This document shows positions 8,632 through 18,244 of a stretch of DNA of 32,000 nt, one piece after another (position 1 is the first letter of the stretch; each line of letters starts with the position of its first letter). Source of the stretch: Vibrio vulnificus CMCP6 (GTDB lineage: Bacteria > Pseudomonadota > Gammaproteobacteria > Enterobacterales > Vibrionaceae); contig NC_004460.2 in NCBI RefSeq assembly GCF_000039765.1, positions 150,001 to 182,000 on the forward strand, written 5' to 3'. The position numbers were made by a program, and so were the translations under genes. The notes under the pieces were generated by a model. The model saw only the letters and a program-made list of their open reading frames with translations, searched no databases and was not told the DNA's origin.

Positions 8632-9444
8632 CTAAGCTTTACCGTGTTGCTGTACTTTCGCGCGGAACTCTTTGGGCGTCATTTGCTGTACGGCTTTAAA
8701 TGCGGTACTAAAATGGGCAGCACTCTTAAAGCCAGACTCATACGCAATGGTGGTAATCGATTTATCGGTTACGCGAAGCTGAGTCGCCGCGTGAGAGATT
8801 CGCTTAATCTTCAACAGCTGTGAAAATGACATCTCTTCTGCCGCTAAGCGTCGTTTTAGGGTCGCAGTGGACATACCCATGTGCTTGGCTAGTGTCTCTA
8901 ATGAGATCTCTTCTTCGATATTGCTTTCAATAAACTGAATGATTTTTTGCGTTTCACTAAACTGTGTGGCGCGAATAATCATATTGAGTAGCTCTGGCTG
9001 CTTTTCAACCATGAGCGCCATTAACGCCAAAGCTAAATGTTCTTGAGCCTGCGAGTTTTGTTTTCTCTCAACTTCTTCAATAAGCATATCTTTCAGCTGG
9101 TCAATTCGCTTATGTTGACCACTGAATTTGAAAAAGGTGTCAGTCTGTTGAGCTGGAATTTTAGATAAAGGGTAAACGTTACGGAACTTTTGAAGCAGCG
9201 TGATGCTAAACACTAAGGCTAACGCTGAAAATCCATTTTCTCCCGGTTGAGCTTGAGCTTCTTTTAATTGGCCGGAATTGTACAATGCAAATTCTCCTGC
9301 CGTCAGCTCACTCGTTGCTCCGGAATCTTGTGTTACGGTTAGGCTGCCTTGCTCCACGAAAAATAGGCCATTCTTTGTCACTGGATAACGTTCCTGTTTC
9401 CTCGGAGCAAAGTGGTTGAATCTGATAATTTCTATTGTTGGCAT
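8632..9444 (-). CDS. AraC-family transcriptional regulator (N-terminal cupin-like sensor, C-terminal dual HTH)
   Basis: C-terminal AraC signature: LETLAKHMGMSTATLKRRL...IAYESGFKSAAHFSTAFK...TPKEFR. The start is either ATG 9444 (MPTIEII...) or GTG 9459, and neither has a strong SD. Confidence 0.85.
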   Translation of the reverse strand: MPTIEIIRFNHFAPRKQERYPVTKNGLFFVEQGSLTVTQDSGATSELTAGEFALYNSGQLKEAQAQPGENGFSALALVFSITLLQKFRNVYPLSKIPAQQTDTFFKFSGQHKRIDQLKDMLIEEVERKQNSQAQEHLALALMALMVEKQPELLNMIIRATQFSETQKIIQFIESNIEEEISLETLAKHMGMSTATLKRRLAAEEMSFSQLLKIKRISHAATQLRVTDKSITTIAYESGFKSAAHFSTAFKAVQQMTPKEFRAKVQQHGKA

Positions 9445-9540
9445 AAAGTAGCTTACCACTGAATGAATATAGTTATATTTAATAGAACTGTTCTTGCAGT
9501 GTTACCAATGAAAATCACGTTTTTGTGAAATGGTGGTATA

Positions 9541-9568
9541 AAAAAAGCGTTCATTTGAACGCTTTTTA
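9541..9568 (-). terminator. rho-independent terminator of rnb (symmetric, potentially bidirectional)
   Basis: AAAAAAGCGTTCA-TT-TGAACGCTTTTT, placed 6 nt downstream of the rnb stop on the minus strand. Confidence 0.75.
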
Positions 9569-9573
9569 AGATG

Positions 9574-11568
9574 TTAATTCTGAGTTTCTTCTACCACGGG
9601 TAATTCAGCGAATACTTGGGTAGGTTTCGCAACCAGGCTTCTGTTCTCCTGGTTAACGTCAGCTAACACGACTTCAAGAACGTCTCCCAGTTTGTATACC
9701 ACTTCTTTATCGATAGAAACAGTACCTAGGTCACCATTGCACTCAATTCTTTCTTTATTATCAATAATAAGAGAACCAGGGATGAATGCCGCAGCGCCAT
9801 TCTCAAGTAAACGGATGCGCATACCAGCACGGTTAATATCGAAGATTTCACCGGTAAACAGCGTTTGATTTTCTGGAGCGTCTGCTAGAGTGCGAGCATA
9901 CAGCCAGTCTGCAACATTACGTTCTGCAATTTTGTGATGCTTGCGGTGTAGAGCAAGCTCTTCGCCGACACTATCATCCGGTTTTTGCACAGGCTCTTTG
10001 TTTAGAATTAAAGCCTTAAGCATACGATGGTTGATCATATCGCCATATTTACGAATTGGAGACGTCCAAGTTGCGTAGATATCAAGGCCCATCGCATAGT
10101 GTGGCAAAGGCTGGTTGCTCACTTCACTGTAGGTTTGGAATTTGCGAATGCGGTTATCAAGATAAGTCGTTTCTTGTTTACTTAACCAGCGGCGGAGTGC
10201 AGCAAAACCTTCACGAGTGGCAATCGACTCAGCCGTGAACTCCAACGTACCTTCTGGGTTAACCAGCTCCACAACATCGGCAATCTTCTCTGGCTTGAAG
10301 CCTGCATGGCAGTTAAATACGCCGGTGCCGAAATGGCCTTGCAGCGTTTTACCCGCGCAAATGTTGGCTGTGATCATCGACTCTTCAACCAAGCGGTTTG
10401 CGCTGCGGCGCATGTCAGCGTGAATCGCAACGACATCGTTATCTTCACTCAACTCAAAACGGTAATCAGGACGATCTGGGAAGACTACCGCATTCTTCTC
10501 TCGCCATTCTGCGCGAGCTTGTGAGAATTCATACAGGTCACGCACGATAGCCGCAATTTCTTCGCTTGGCTGCCATTTTTCACAGCTGCCTGTTTCGAGC
10601 CAGTCGGAGACATTGTCATACGCCAAACGGGCGTGCGACTTGATGTTTGCCGCAAAGAACTGGATATCATCGCCAATCACGCCGTCTTTACTGACGGTGA
10701 CTGTGCAGCAAAGGGCAGGGCGGATTTCACCTTCGATTAGCGAACACAGTTCATCAGCAAGGTCACGAGGCAGCATTGGGATATTGCGTCCTGGAAGATA
10801 AATGGTAAAGCCACGCTCACGTGCAACCTTGTCCATTTCATCATCTGGTGTGATGTAAGCGGTTGGATCGGCAATGGCAATCGTCAATTCAAAATCGCCA
10901 GCGTCGTTTTTCTTCGCGTAAAGCGCATCGTCCATGTCTTTTGTGGACTCACCATCGATGGTCACAAAAGGGATATGCGTCATGTCGATACGTTCAAGAT
11001 CCGCATCATCTTTAATTTGCCAATCGTCGATACCGGCAGGCTCAGAGTTAGGTAGATCGTTTTCCGCCAGCGTTACCCACCAAGGTGCGATCTTGTCATC
11101 GGCATCGGTAATTTTTTCGCTGATTTCCACGAAGAAACCGTTGTCATCTTTTAGTGGGTGACGGATCAAATGGCCGACAACCCAGTCGCCTTCAGCAAAT
11201 TCTTGAGGGTTAAGACCTTTCTTCGTTTTGGCTTTGAGAGACATCTTCTTCAGTTGCGGATGATCAGGAACAACATTCAATTTTCCTTTGAACATTTTCA
11301 CACGACCGATGAAGCGATTTAGCATCTGCTCAACAAGCTCTTGTGGCTCGGCAACTTCGCGTTCGTTTTCGGTGCGGATAATGGCGATCACCTTATCACC
11401 GTGCATACATTTCTTCATGTAGGCTGGTGGAATAAAGAAACTTGTCTTGCTATCGACTTCGAGAAAGCCAAAACCTTTTTCGGTTGCTTTAATCGTGCCT
11501 TCTTTCTTTGGCAGATTTTCCTGAATTTGTTGCTTAAGCTGGGCTAAAAGTGGGTTATCTTGAAACAT
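9574..11568 (-). CDS. rnb: exoribonuclease II (RNase II)
   Basis: From M15 of the ORF the sequence reads [14 protein letters not shown]...[11 protein letters not shown], near-identical to the E. coli Rnb N-terminus as I remember it. RNB-domain blocks present: [34 protein letters not shown]. There is a C-terminal S1 domain. I therefore place the start at ATG 11568, not 11610. Confidence 0.95.
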   Translation of the reverse strand: MFQDNPLLAQLKQQIQENLPKKEGTIKATEKGFGFLEVDSKTSFFIPPAYMKKCMHGDKVIAIIRTENEREVAEPQELVEQMLNRFIGRVKMFKGKLNVVPDHPQLKKMSLKAKTKKGLNPQEFAEGDWVVGHLIRHPLKDDNGFFVEISEKITDADDKIAPWWVTLAENDLPNSEPAGIDDWQIKDDADLERIDMTHIPFVTIDGESTKDMDDALYAKKNDAGDFELTIAIADPTAYITPDDEMDKVARERGFTIYLPGRNIPMLPRDLADELCSLIEGEIRPALCCTVTVSKDGVIGDDIQFFAANIKSHARLAYDNVSDWLETGSCEKWQPSEEIAAIVRDLYEFSQARAEWREKNAVVFPDRPDYRFELSEDNDVVAIHADMRRSANRLVEESMITANICAGKTLQGHFGTGVFNCHAGFKPEKIADVVELVNPEGTLEFTAESIATREGFAALRRWLSKQETTYLDNRIRKFQTYSEVSNQPLPHYAMGLDIYATWTSPIRKYGDMINHRMLKALILNKEPVQKPDDSVGEELALHRKHHKIAERNVADWLYARTLADAPENQTLFTGEIFDINRAGMRIRLLENGAAAFIPGSLIIDNKERIECNGDLGTVSIDKEVVYKLGDVLEVVLADVNQENRSLVAKPTQVFAELPVVEETQN

Positions 11569-11945
11569 CTTTACTAAACTTATGTTTGAAATTGGGCACA
11601 CTATAATCATTGCGCCGCGTTATTGCTACCAAAACCCGGTTTAATCCCCCAGCCTCGATAAAAATTGTGCAAATTATATTCGTCTTGAAGCCTTGTTTTT
11701 CGGGGGCTGAGCGAGTAGCAAGCGTATGTGAAGAGAATTCAAAGAAATAATTGTGATGAAATTCAATTTTTTCTGGCTTTTTTTATGCTTTTAGGGAATA
11801 ATCCGCCTCCCTTAAGTCGTCCCCAATGGCTTGTAGCGTTTTAGTACTGTGTTGCTTTGAATTAAAAAGCAGCATCTGAATGGACCAGTATCGAATGAGA
11901 AGAGCTTGTGGGACCCATTTTTACAATTAATACAGTAGGATCCCA

Positions 11946-13871
11946 ATGCAAGATTCTGTAATTCAATTCAGTGATTTAGAGCTGAATGATGCTATCCTTT
12001 CCGCTCTTGATGGTATGGGCTTTGTTTCTCCAACACCGATTCAAGCAGCTGCGATTCCTCATCTATTACAAGGTGTGGATGCGCTAGGTAAAGCACAAAC
12101 GGGTACGGGCAAAACGGCAGCATTTTCTCTGCCTCTTCTCAACAAACTTGATCTCGCACAGCGTAAACCTCAAGCAATCGTACTGGCTCCAACGCGTGAG
12201 CTAGCGATCCAGGTTGCGGCAGAGATGAAAAACCTTGGTCAAAACATCCGTGGTTTGAAAGTGCTAGAGATCTACGGTGGTGCATCTATCGTTGATCAAA
12301 TGCGTGCTCTTAAGAATGGCGCTCACGTTATCGTGGGTACTCCGGGCCGTGTTCAAGACCTTATCAACCGCGAGCGCCTAGACTTAGGTGAAGTGCATAC
12401 TTTCGTTCTTGATGAAGCAGACGAAATGCTAAACATGGGTTTCGTTGACGATGTAACGGAAATCATGGAGCACGCTCCATCATCTGCGCAACGCGTACTG
12501 TTCTCTGCAACTATGCCTCCAATGCTGAAAAACATTGTTGAGCGCTTCTTGCGTGATCCAGTCACTGTCGACGTTGCAGGTAAAAACCACACTGTAGATA
12601 AAGTTGCACAGCAATTCTGGGTTGTTAAAGGCGTAGAAAAAGATGAAGCAATGTCTCGTCTTCTAGAAACAGAAGAGACAGATGCATCAATCGTATTCGT
12701 ACGTACTCGTCAAGATACTGAGCGTCTAGCGGATTGGCTATGTGCACGCGGCTTCAAAGCAGCAGCACTACACGGTGATATTCCTCAGTCTCTACGTGAG
12801 CGCACAGTTGATCACATCAAACAAGGTGTTATCGATATTCTTGTTGCGACAGACGTTGTTGCTCGTGGTCTAGACGTGCCACGTATTACTCACGTGTTTA
12901 ACTACGACATCCCATTCGATGTTGAGTCATACATCCACCGTATCGGTCGTACTGGCCGTGCAGGACGTCAAGGTAAAGCGATCCTTCTTGTTCGCACTAA
13001 CCAAATTCGTATGCTTCGTACTATCGAGCGTGTTACTAAGTCTTCTATGGAAGAGATCCAACTGCCACTTCGTGACAAAGTTGCAGCAGCGCGTCTAGAT
13101 AAACTTGCCGCTGAGCTTCAAGCTGACATCGAGCATAAAGCGCTTGATAAGTTCGCAGAGCTGATAGAAAAACTAGAAGAGCGTCTAGAGATCGACTCAA
13201 GCGTTCTAGCGGCGATTCTATTGAAGCGTCAGCAAGGCAAACGTCCGCTATTCTACATTGGCGAAGACCCAATGATCGAAGCGATTGAGCGCGATAAGCA
13301 AAACCGTCGTGAGCGTCGTGAAAATCGTGACAATGGCGGTCGTCGTGAAAGCTTTAACAGCAACCAAGATTGGGATACTTACCAACTTCAAGTTGGCCGT
13401 GAGCAAGGTGTTCAAGTGAAAGACATCGTAGGCGCACTGGCAAACGAACTTGGCTTAGGTAAAGGTTCAATTGGTGCAATCAAACTGGCTCAAGAGCACA
13501 CGTTTGTTCAGCTACCAAAAGCGATGAGCACACAAGCTGCAAGCAAACTTCGTAAACTGCGTATTCGTCAGAAAGAAGTGGGTGCCGTTGTTTGTGATTT
13601 CAACGATTTCAACGAAAACCGTGGTCGTCGTGATGGGGCTCGCCGTGAAGGTGGTTTCCGCGAAGGCGGTCGTCGTGAAGGCGGCTACCGTGGCAATCGC
13701 GAAGGTGGTCGTGAAGGTGGCTACCGCGGTAACCGTGAAGGTGGTCGCGAAGGTGGTTTCCGTGGTAACCGTGACGGTGAGCGTCGTTTTGACCGCAATC
13801 GTGGTGGTGATCACCGTGGTAACCATCGTGGTGAACGTGGTCACGGTCGTCCACGTCGCAACGAAGACTAA
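11946..13871 (+). CDS. deaD: ATP-dependent DEAD-box RNA helicase DeaD/CsdA with an RGG-repeat C-terminal tail
   Basis: Helicase motifs present: Q-motif, AQTGTGKT, PTRELA, DEAD (VLDEADEM), SAT, HRIGRTGRAG. A DeaD-type dimerisation/RNA-binding extension is followed by an Arg/Gly-rich tail. AGGA SD lies 5 nt before the ATG. Confidence 0.95.
   Translation: MQDSVIQFSDLELNDAILSALDGMGFVSPTPIQAAAIPHLLQGVDALGKAQTGTGKTAAFSLPLLNKLDLAQRKPQAIVLAPTRELAIQVAAEMKNLGQNIRGLKVLEIYGGASIVDQMRALKNGAHVIVGTPGRVQDLINRERLDLGEVHTFVLDEADEMLNMGFVDDVTEIMEHAPSSAQRVLFSATMPPMLKNIVERFLRDPVTVDVAGKNHTVDKVAQQFWVVKGVEKDEAMSRLLETEETDASIVFVRTRQDTERLADWLCARGFKAAALHGDIPQSLRERTVDHIKQGVIDILVATDVVARGLDVPRITHVFNYDIPFDVESYIHRIGRTGRAGRQGKAILLVRTNQIRMLRTIERVTKSSMEEIQLPLRDKVAAARLDKLAAELQADIEHKALDKFAELIEKLEERLEIDSSVLAAILLKRQQGKRPLFYIGEDPMIEAIERDKQNRRERRENRDNGGRRESFNSNQDWDTYQLQVGREQGVQVKDIVGALANELGLGKGSIGAIKLAQEHTFVQLPKAMSTQAASKLRKLRIRQKEVGAVVCDFNDFNENRGRRDGARREGGFREGGRREGGYRGNREGGREGGYRGNREGGREGGFRGNRDGERRFDRNRGGDHRGNHRGERGHGRPRRNED
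13644..13769 (+). repeat. imperfect 36-bp tandem repeats encoding (R)EGG(R/F)REGG(Y/F)RGN units of the DeaD tail
   Basis: 13698-13733 (cgcgaaggtggtcgtgaaggtggctaccgcggtaac) and 13734-13769 (cgtgaaggtggtcgcgaaggtggtttccgtggtaac) are near-identical in-frame units. A more diverged copy precedes them. Confidence 0.8.
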
Positions 13872-13889
13872 TCCAATACGATTTAAAGA

Positions 13890-13917
13890 AAGCCGGGTGA
13901 TAACCCGGTTTTTTTTC
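13890..13917 (+). terminator. rho-independent terminator of deaD
   Basis: Stem CCGGGT (13893-13898), loop GATA, stem ACCCGG (13903-13908), followed by eight T. Confidence 0.85.
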
Positions 13918-14212
13918 GCTCAAATTTTCAAAAAACCGAACCATTATGGGATTAAGTGAATAACATTGCTATAAGTTGAGGGCGATGAATGCTTATAACA
14001 TATGATGTCATTTGCACGATGGCTATATAATTTTTCGCTTCAAATAAAATCAAAAATTGCGGTAGATCAACAAAAAAGTCGTGACCTAAATAATTGAACT
14101 AAAAGATAGTTGAAAGATTCAAAAATTATTGAATAATGGTTTCAACAATGAATGAACATCGCGCCTTGGCGTCGGTCCCTTATATTCCGCTCCACAACAG
14201 GAAATAAACTTA

Positions 14213-15406
14213 ATGTCTAATTCGTTCGTATTGGTTATCAACTCGGGTAGCTCTTCTCTCAAGTTTGCAGTTATTAACTCTGTCACTGGTGAAGCCGTGT
14301 TGAGTGGCTTGGGTGAGTGTTTCGGTCTTGAAGATGCTCGCATGGGCTGGAAATACTCTGGCGAAAAAACTGAGATTGCCATTGAAGGTGAAGATAACCA
14401 CCACAAAATCGCTATCGGCAAACTGGTTGGTTTGACTGAAGAATTAGGTTTGACGAAAGATATCGTTGCTGTAGGGCACCGAATTGTACACGGTGGTGAG
14501 AAGTTCACATCGACAGTACGTATTAATGAAGAAGTGACGGCAGAGATCGAGAAGCTTGCCGATCTTGCTCCACTGCATAACCCTGCGGGTGCTATCGGTA
14601 TTCGTGCGGCGATGGAAGCCTTTCCTGCACTTCCTCAGTTTGCTGTGTTTGATACCGCTTTCCACCAAACTATGCCAAAGCGCGCGTTTACAGGCGCTAT
14701 TGCGAACGAGCTGTACACGGATTTCGGCATTCGTCGCTACGGTTTCCATGGCACCAGCCACTACTTCGTAAGTCGTGAAGCAGCGAAAATGCTGAACAAG
14801 CCAATTGAAGAGTCTAGCTTCATCTCTGTACACCTTGGCAATGGTGCTTCAGTGTGTGCGATTAACAATGGTGAATCTGTCGATACATCTATGGGCTTCA
14901 CGCCACTTTCTGGCCTCATGATGGGTACCCGTTGTGGCGACCTAGACCCTGGCATCATTGAATACCTACTTAAGAAAGGTTGGTCTCAAGAGAAAGTGTT
15001 CAACTCGCTAAATAAAGCCTCTGGCTTCTTAGGTGTATCCGGCCTAACTAGCGACGCTCGTGGCATTTTAGAAGCGATGGAACAGGGCCACGAAGGCGCG
15101 ACGCTGGCATTCCAAGTGTTCACCTACCGTGTCGCGAAATACATTGCGTCATACCTAGCTGCGCTAGATTCTTTTGACGGCATCATCTTCACTGGCGGCA
15201 TTGGTGAAAACTCACTACCAATTCGTCGTGAGATCCTTAAGAATCTGAAACTTCTTGGTTTTGTTGAAGATGAAAAAGGCAACGAAGATGCTCGTTTCGG
15301 TAACGCAGGGGTGATTGCAACATCGGCATTGCTAAACGCAGTGGCGATGGTTATTCCAACCAACGAAGAATTCGTGATAGCCCAGCAGTCGGTTGAGTTG
15401 CTGTAA
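14213..15406 (+). CDS. ackA: acetate kinase
   Basis: MSNSFVLVINSGSSSLKFAVI..., HRIVHGG, APLHNPA, FDTAFHQTMP, RRYGFHGTSH, GTRCGDLDPG, FTGGIGEN and PTNEE all match the AckA family along its full length. No pta gene is adjacent. Confidence 0.95.
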   Translation: MSNSFVLVINSGSSSLKFAVINSVTGEAVLSGLGECFGLEDARMGWKYSGEKTEIAIEGEDNHHKIAIGKLVGLTEELGLTKDIVAVGHRIVHGGEKFTSTVRINEEVTAEIEKLADLAPLHNPAGAIGIRAAMEAFPALPQFAVFDTAFHQTMPKRAFTGAIANELYTDFGIRRYGFHGTSHYFVSREAAKMLNKPIEESSFISVHLGNGASVCAINNGESVDTSMGFTPLSGLMMGTRCGDLDPGIIEYLLKKGWSQEKVFNSLNKASGFLGVSGLTSDARGILEAMEQGHEGATLAFQVFTYRVAKYIASYLAALDSFDGIIFTGGIGENSLPIRREILKNLKLLGFVEDEKGNEDARFGNAGVIATSALLNAVAMVIPTNEEFVIAQQSVELL

Positions 15407-15431
15407 TGACAGCTCTCTACTGCTGAATGAT

Positions 15432-15465
15432 AGGCCCAGTTACTTGAGTGACTGGGCCTTTTTGT
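15432..15465 (+). terminator. rho-independent terminator of ackA
   Basis: A stem of about 12 bp, AGGCCCAGTTAC (15432-15443) / GTGACTGGGCCT (15448-15459), loop TTGA, then TTTTTG. Confidence 0.85.
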
Positions 15466-15491
15466 TTCGCTCCACTATTCCCCATACAACG

Positions 15492-15517
15492 AAAAAGCCG
15501 CTCACGTTGGAGCGGCT
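15492..15517 (-). terminator. rho-independent terminator of the Cys-type sulfatase gene
   Basis: Stem AGCCGCTC (15496-15503) / GAGCGGCT (15510-15517). The plus-strand A-run 15492-15496 gives the U tract on the minus strand. It lies about 20 nt after the sulfatase stop. Confidence 0.8.
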
Positions 15518-15537
15518 GATAGAGAGGGGAGATAAGG

Positions 15538-17103
15538 TTACTTGATTTTCTGCACTTCTTTTTGCAGTTGCTCAAGTTGCTTCATCTTTCCTTGCAAACC
15601 CAGTGATTGATAGCTGATGGACGCAGGGTTCATCGTTTCACCTTGTTGCATTGGGTAATCAGGCAATGTTTTGAAGAAATCCCCAATAACGTCTTGAACG
15701 GGTACAAACAACCACATGTTGTCTGCCATCCAACGTAGGTACATGCCCGATTCGTGTGGCGCTTTCTCAAATGGGTCTGCACGCAAGTGGATGATTTGAG
15801 GCCAGTTTGGAGAGAAGCGAATCGCGTTTGAAATATCGCCTTCCATTACCGCAAAGTTTAGCTTCCAATCGTTCCAACGAATGGCGTTCAGTTCACCGTT
15901 AGCCGTGAAGTAAAGAAGCGATTCGCGTGGGGCTTTCTTCTCTTTGCCTTCGAAATAAGGCTTAAAGTTATAGCCATCGATATGAACACGCCACTCTTTA
16001 CCGTTCGCTTTATAGCCTTTGGCGAGTTTCTCTTTCACATTCGGTACACCTGCGGCTGCCATTAAGGTTGGCAACCAGTCTTGGTGGGCCATCATGTCGT
16101 TGATTTTGGTTCCTGGCTTGATGACACCAGGCCAACGGACAAGTTGAGGAACACGCATACCGCCTTCCCAAGTTGTCCCTTTTTCGCCATAAAATGGTGT
16201 TGCGCCGCCATCAGGCCATGTCACGGTTTCTGCACCGTTGTCGGTTGAATAGATAACAATCGTGTTGTCAGCAACACCCAGTTCGTCGAGCTTATCGAGT
16301 AGGATGCCCACTTGGTCATCGTGCTCCAACATGCCATCTGCGTAAATACTCACGCCCGATTTACCTTGGTACTTCTCTTGAAGGCGCGTCCACACATGCA
16401 TGCGCGTGGTGTTGTGCCAAATGAAGAACGGCTTGTCGGCTTTTACCGCTTTTTCCATGAAGGCGAGCGAGGATTCCAAGAACTCTTCGTCTGCGTGTTC
16501 CATACGTTTACGCGTCATTGGACCGGTGTCTTCAATTTTGCCGTCAGCATAAGATTTGATCACGCCACGAGGGCCGTAGTTTTTGCGGAACTCAGGATCT
16601 TTTGGATAGTAGTAAGTCTCTGGCTCTTCTTCGGCATTGAGGTGGTATAGGTTGCCAAAGAACTCGTCAAACCCGTGATTGGTTGGCAGGTGTTGGTCTT
16701 GATCGCCTAAATGGTTTTTGCCGAACTGCGCGGTCATGTAGCCTTGCTCTTTCAACAAATCTGCAATGGTGGGTGCCCAATCAGGAATGCCGTGTTTTGA
16801 GCCGGGCATACCGATGGTTAACAGCCCTGTTCTAAACGGCTCTTGGCCAGTAATGAAAGAGGCACGGCCAGCGGTACAAGATTGCTGACCATAGTGATCG
16901 GTGAACAGTGCGCCTTCGTTGGCGATGCGGTCAATGTTCGGCGTTTGATAGCCCATCATGCCTTGGTTATAGGCGCTGATGTTCCAGTAACCAACATCGT
17001 CGCCAAAAATGGCCAGAATATTTGGCTTGTCTGCAGCTGCAGCGGCACCAGAGGTTGCAAGAACACCAATACCGATCGCCAGTTTGCTTATTTGGTTTGC
17101 CAT
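15538..17103 (-). CDS. secreted arylsulfatase-family sulfatase, Cys-type (fGly motif S-C-T-A-G-R)
   Basis: I place the start at ATG 17103 (GGAG SD 5 nt upstream); the ORF-track start at 17154 adds 17 aa. Sec-type signal peptide MANQISKLAIGIGVLATSGAAAAA-DKP. Sulfatase blocks present: FGDDVGYWN, QQSCTAGRASFITGQ (Cys codon TGT, complement of 16876-16878), FGKNHLGD, TDNG. It is clearly paralogous to 18367-19884. Confidence 0.9.
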   Translation of the reverse strand: MANQISKLAIGIGVLATSGAAAAADKPNILAIFGDDVGYWNISAYNQGMMGYQTPNIDRIANEGALFTDHYGQQSCTAGRASFITGQEPFRTGLLTIGMPGSKHGIPDWAPTIADLLKEQGYMTAQFGKNHLGDQDQHLPTNHGFDEFFGNLYHLNAEEEPETYYYPKDPEFRKNYGPRGVIKSYADGKIEDTGPMTRKRMEHADEEFLESSLAFMEKAVKADKPFFIWHNTTRMHVWTRLQEKYQGKSGVSIYADGMLEHDDQVGILLDKLDELGVADNTIVIYSTDNGAETVTWPDGGATPFYGEKGTTWEGGMRVPQLVRWPGVIKPGTKINDMMAHQDWLPTLMAAAGVPNVKEKLAKGYKANGKEWRVHIDGYNFKPYFEGKEKKAPRESLLYFTANGELNAIRWNDWKLNFAVMEGDISNAIRFSPNWPQIIHLRADPFEKAPHESGMYLRWMADNMWLFVPVQDVIGDFFKTLPDYPMQQGETMNPASISYQSLGLQGKMKQLEQLQKEVQKIK

Positions 17104-17208
17104 AGAAACTCCAATAAGGGGTAGAGGAAGCAGAAAAACGAGGTTTTCCTGCATTAAGATGGCTAATAAGCTAATGATGTGGCTGGAAATTGTCGCTTTA
17201 TAGTCAAT

Positions 17209-17223
17209 ATAACCAATGGTTAT
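17209..17223. promoter_or_regulatory. candidate LysR-type operator (dyad ATAACC-N3-GGTTAT, contains T-N11-A)
   Basis: Perfect 6-3-6 inverted repeat ATAACCAATGGTTAT. Its centre is 113 nt upstream of the sulfatase ATG at 17103. It has the same architecture and similar spacing as the dyad at 18243-18257. Confidence 0.4.
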
Positions 17224-17340
17224 GCGAAGCGCTTGACGCCTTCATCGACAAGGAGAGCGGTGGAATGCCGTGCCGATCGCTATGATGAAAAATGAACGCT
17301 CAATCACGTTTTCACAACCGGGTGGTGTCAGCCTAAATGA

Positions 17341-17368
17341 GCGTCGAAAGCGGCTGTGATTTCGACGC
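17341..17368 (-). terminator. possible terminator hairpin after the LysR gene
   Basis: A 9-bp stem GCGTCGAAA (17341-17349) / TTTCGACGC (17360-17368) just downstream of the LysR stop. The trailing minus-strand sequence TCATTTAGG is only weakly U-rich. Confidence 0.35.
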
Positions 17369-17374
17369 TTGTGT

Positions 17375-18244
17375 TTATAGTTCGATGGGATGGGCGTGCG
17401 CTTGTTCGAGTTGCGCTTTTATCTTCTCTCTCAACCTCTGGTGAGCAGGGTTGTTTAGCTCGCGCTTATGATAAATGAACTTATAGGGAATCAGGCTAAT
17501 AGCAATTGGGCAATCGAGAATTTGCAGTTTCAGCGCCTTACTCCATTTTAAGGCAAACGAACGAGAGACCACGCCGAGGCAATCTCGTTGGGCGACATAG
17601 AGTGCCATACTCGACAGTGACGTCGTCACAATCTCAACAATCCGCTCTTCAATAGGTTCGTTGGCGAGCTGCTCAAACCCTGTGGTGTTGTTCCATTTGC
17701 CAGAAAACAGACAATGGCTCTCTTGATAAAACTGGGCTTTGCTAAGTTGTCCTTGAATACGAGGGTGGCCCTGACGGCAAATGACGACAGCGGGCTCTTG
17801 GTAGGCGTTCTCGATCACGAAAGAGGAATCTTTGGTGATGACGGTATCTATGATGAGATCCATTTTCTGCTGGCGGATTTGTTCAAACAGCAAATATTTT
17901 TCCGGTGGAGATTCGTGGAACACGGTATGTTCTATCGGCGTTAGGCTATGCAAAAGAGTTTCAGAGCAACAGACTTGGAAAGCGGAACGCTCAGAAATTG
18001 CGTTGTCTACGATACTGATGGCTTGATGGAATTTAGGGATCAGTTGATAAGCCGAAGCGGTCGGCTCGATGCCGCGTCCTTTCTTAACGAACAACTGTTT
18101 ATTGACCACCTTTTCTAAGCGTTTAATGGAAGCGCTCACCGCCGGTTGAGTTAAGCCCAAATGATCGGCGGCTTTGGTGTAGGACTGATATTCCGCGACC
18201 ACCAAAAAGGTCTGAATTAAGTTGAGATCCATAGTATTACTCAT
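17375..18244 (-). CDS. LysR-family transcriptional regulator (candidate regulator of both sulfatase genes)
   Basis: N-terminal wHTH: MDLNLIQTFLVVAEYQSYTKAADHLGLTQPAVSASIKRLE. It is divergent from the Ser-type sulfatase operon and sits upstream, in the same orientation, of the Cys-type sulfatase. Confidence 0.9.
   Translation of the reverse strand: MSNTMDLNLIQTFLVVAEYQSYTKAADHLGLTQPAVSASIKRLEKVVNKQLFVKKGRGIEPTASAYQLIPKFHQAISIVDNAISERSAFQVCCSETLLHSLTPIEHTVFHESPPEKYLLFEQIRQQKMDLIIDTVITKDSSFVIENAYQEPAVVICRQGHPRIQGQLSKAQFYQESHCLFSGKWNNTTGFEQLANEPIEERIVEIVTTSLSSMALYVAQRDCLGVVSRSFALKWSKALKLQILDCPIAISLIPYKFIYHKRELNNPAHQRLREKIKAQLEQAHAHPIEL

Noticed and set aside
11569-11610. N-terminal extensions implied by the longest-ORF starts: rnb 11610, sulfatase 17154, sulfatase 18256, DUF58 22356, batB 24956, LysR 28267, maturase 19945, zinc-ribbon 515, hypothetical 8151.
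   Set aside because: The internal ATGs have better SD sequences and give canonical N-termini. These are MFQDNPLL for Rnb, signal peptides for the sulfatases, and MKNTDLNL for LysR. Several of the longer starts are TTG or GTG and would run through operator or promoter regions or overlap upstream genes.
13512-13959. Three overlapping 110-125 aa ORFs (13512-13844 -, 13582-13959 +, 13609-13944 -) with T/V-rich or H/D/R-rich translations.
   Set aside because: They are frame-shifted or antisense readings of the GGT/CGT/GAA-rich RGG repeat at the deaD 3' end. The stop-free runs come from repeat composition, not from coding potential.
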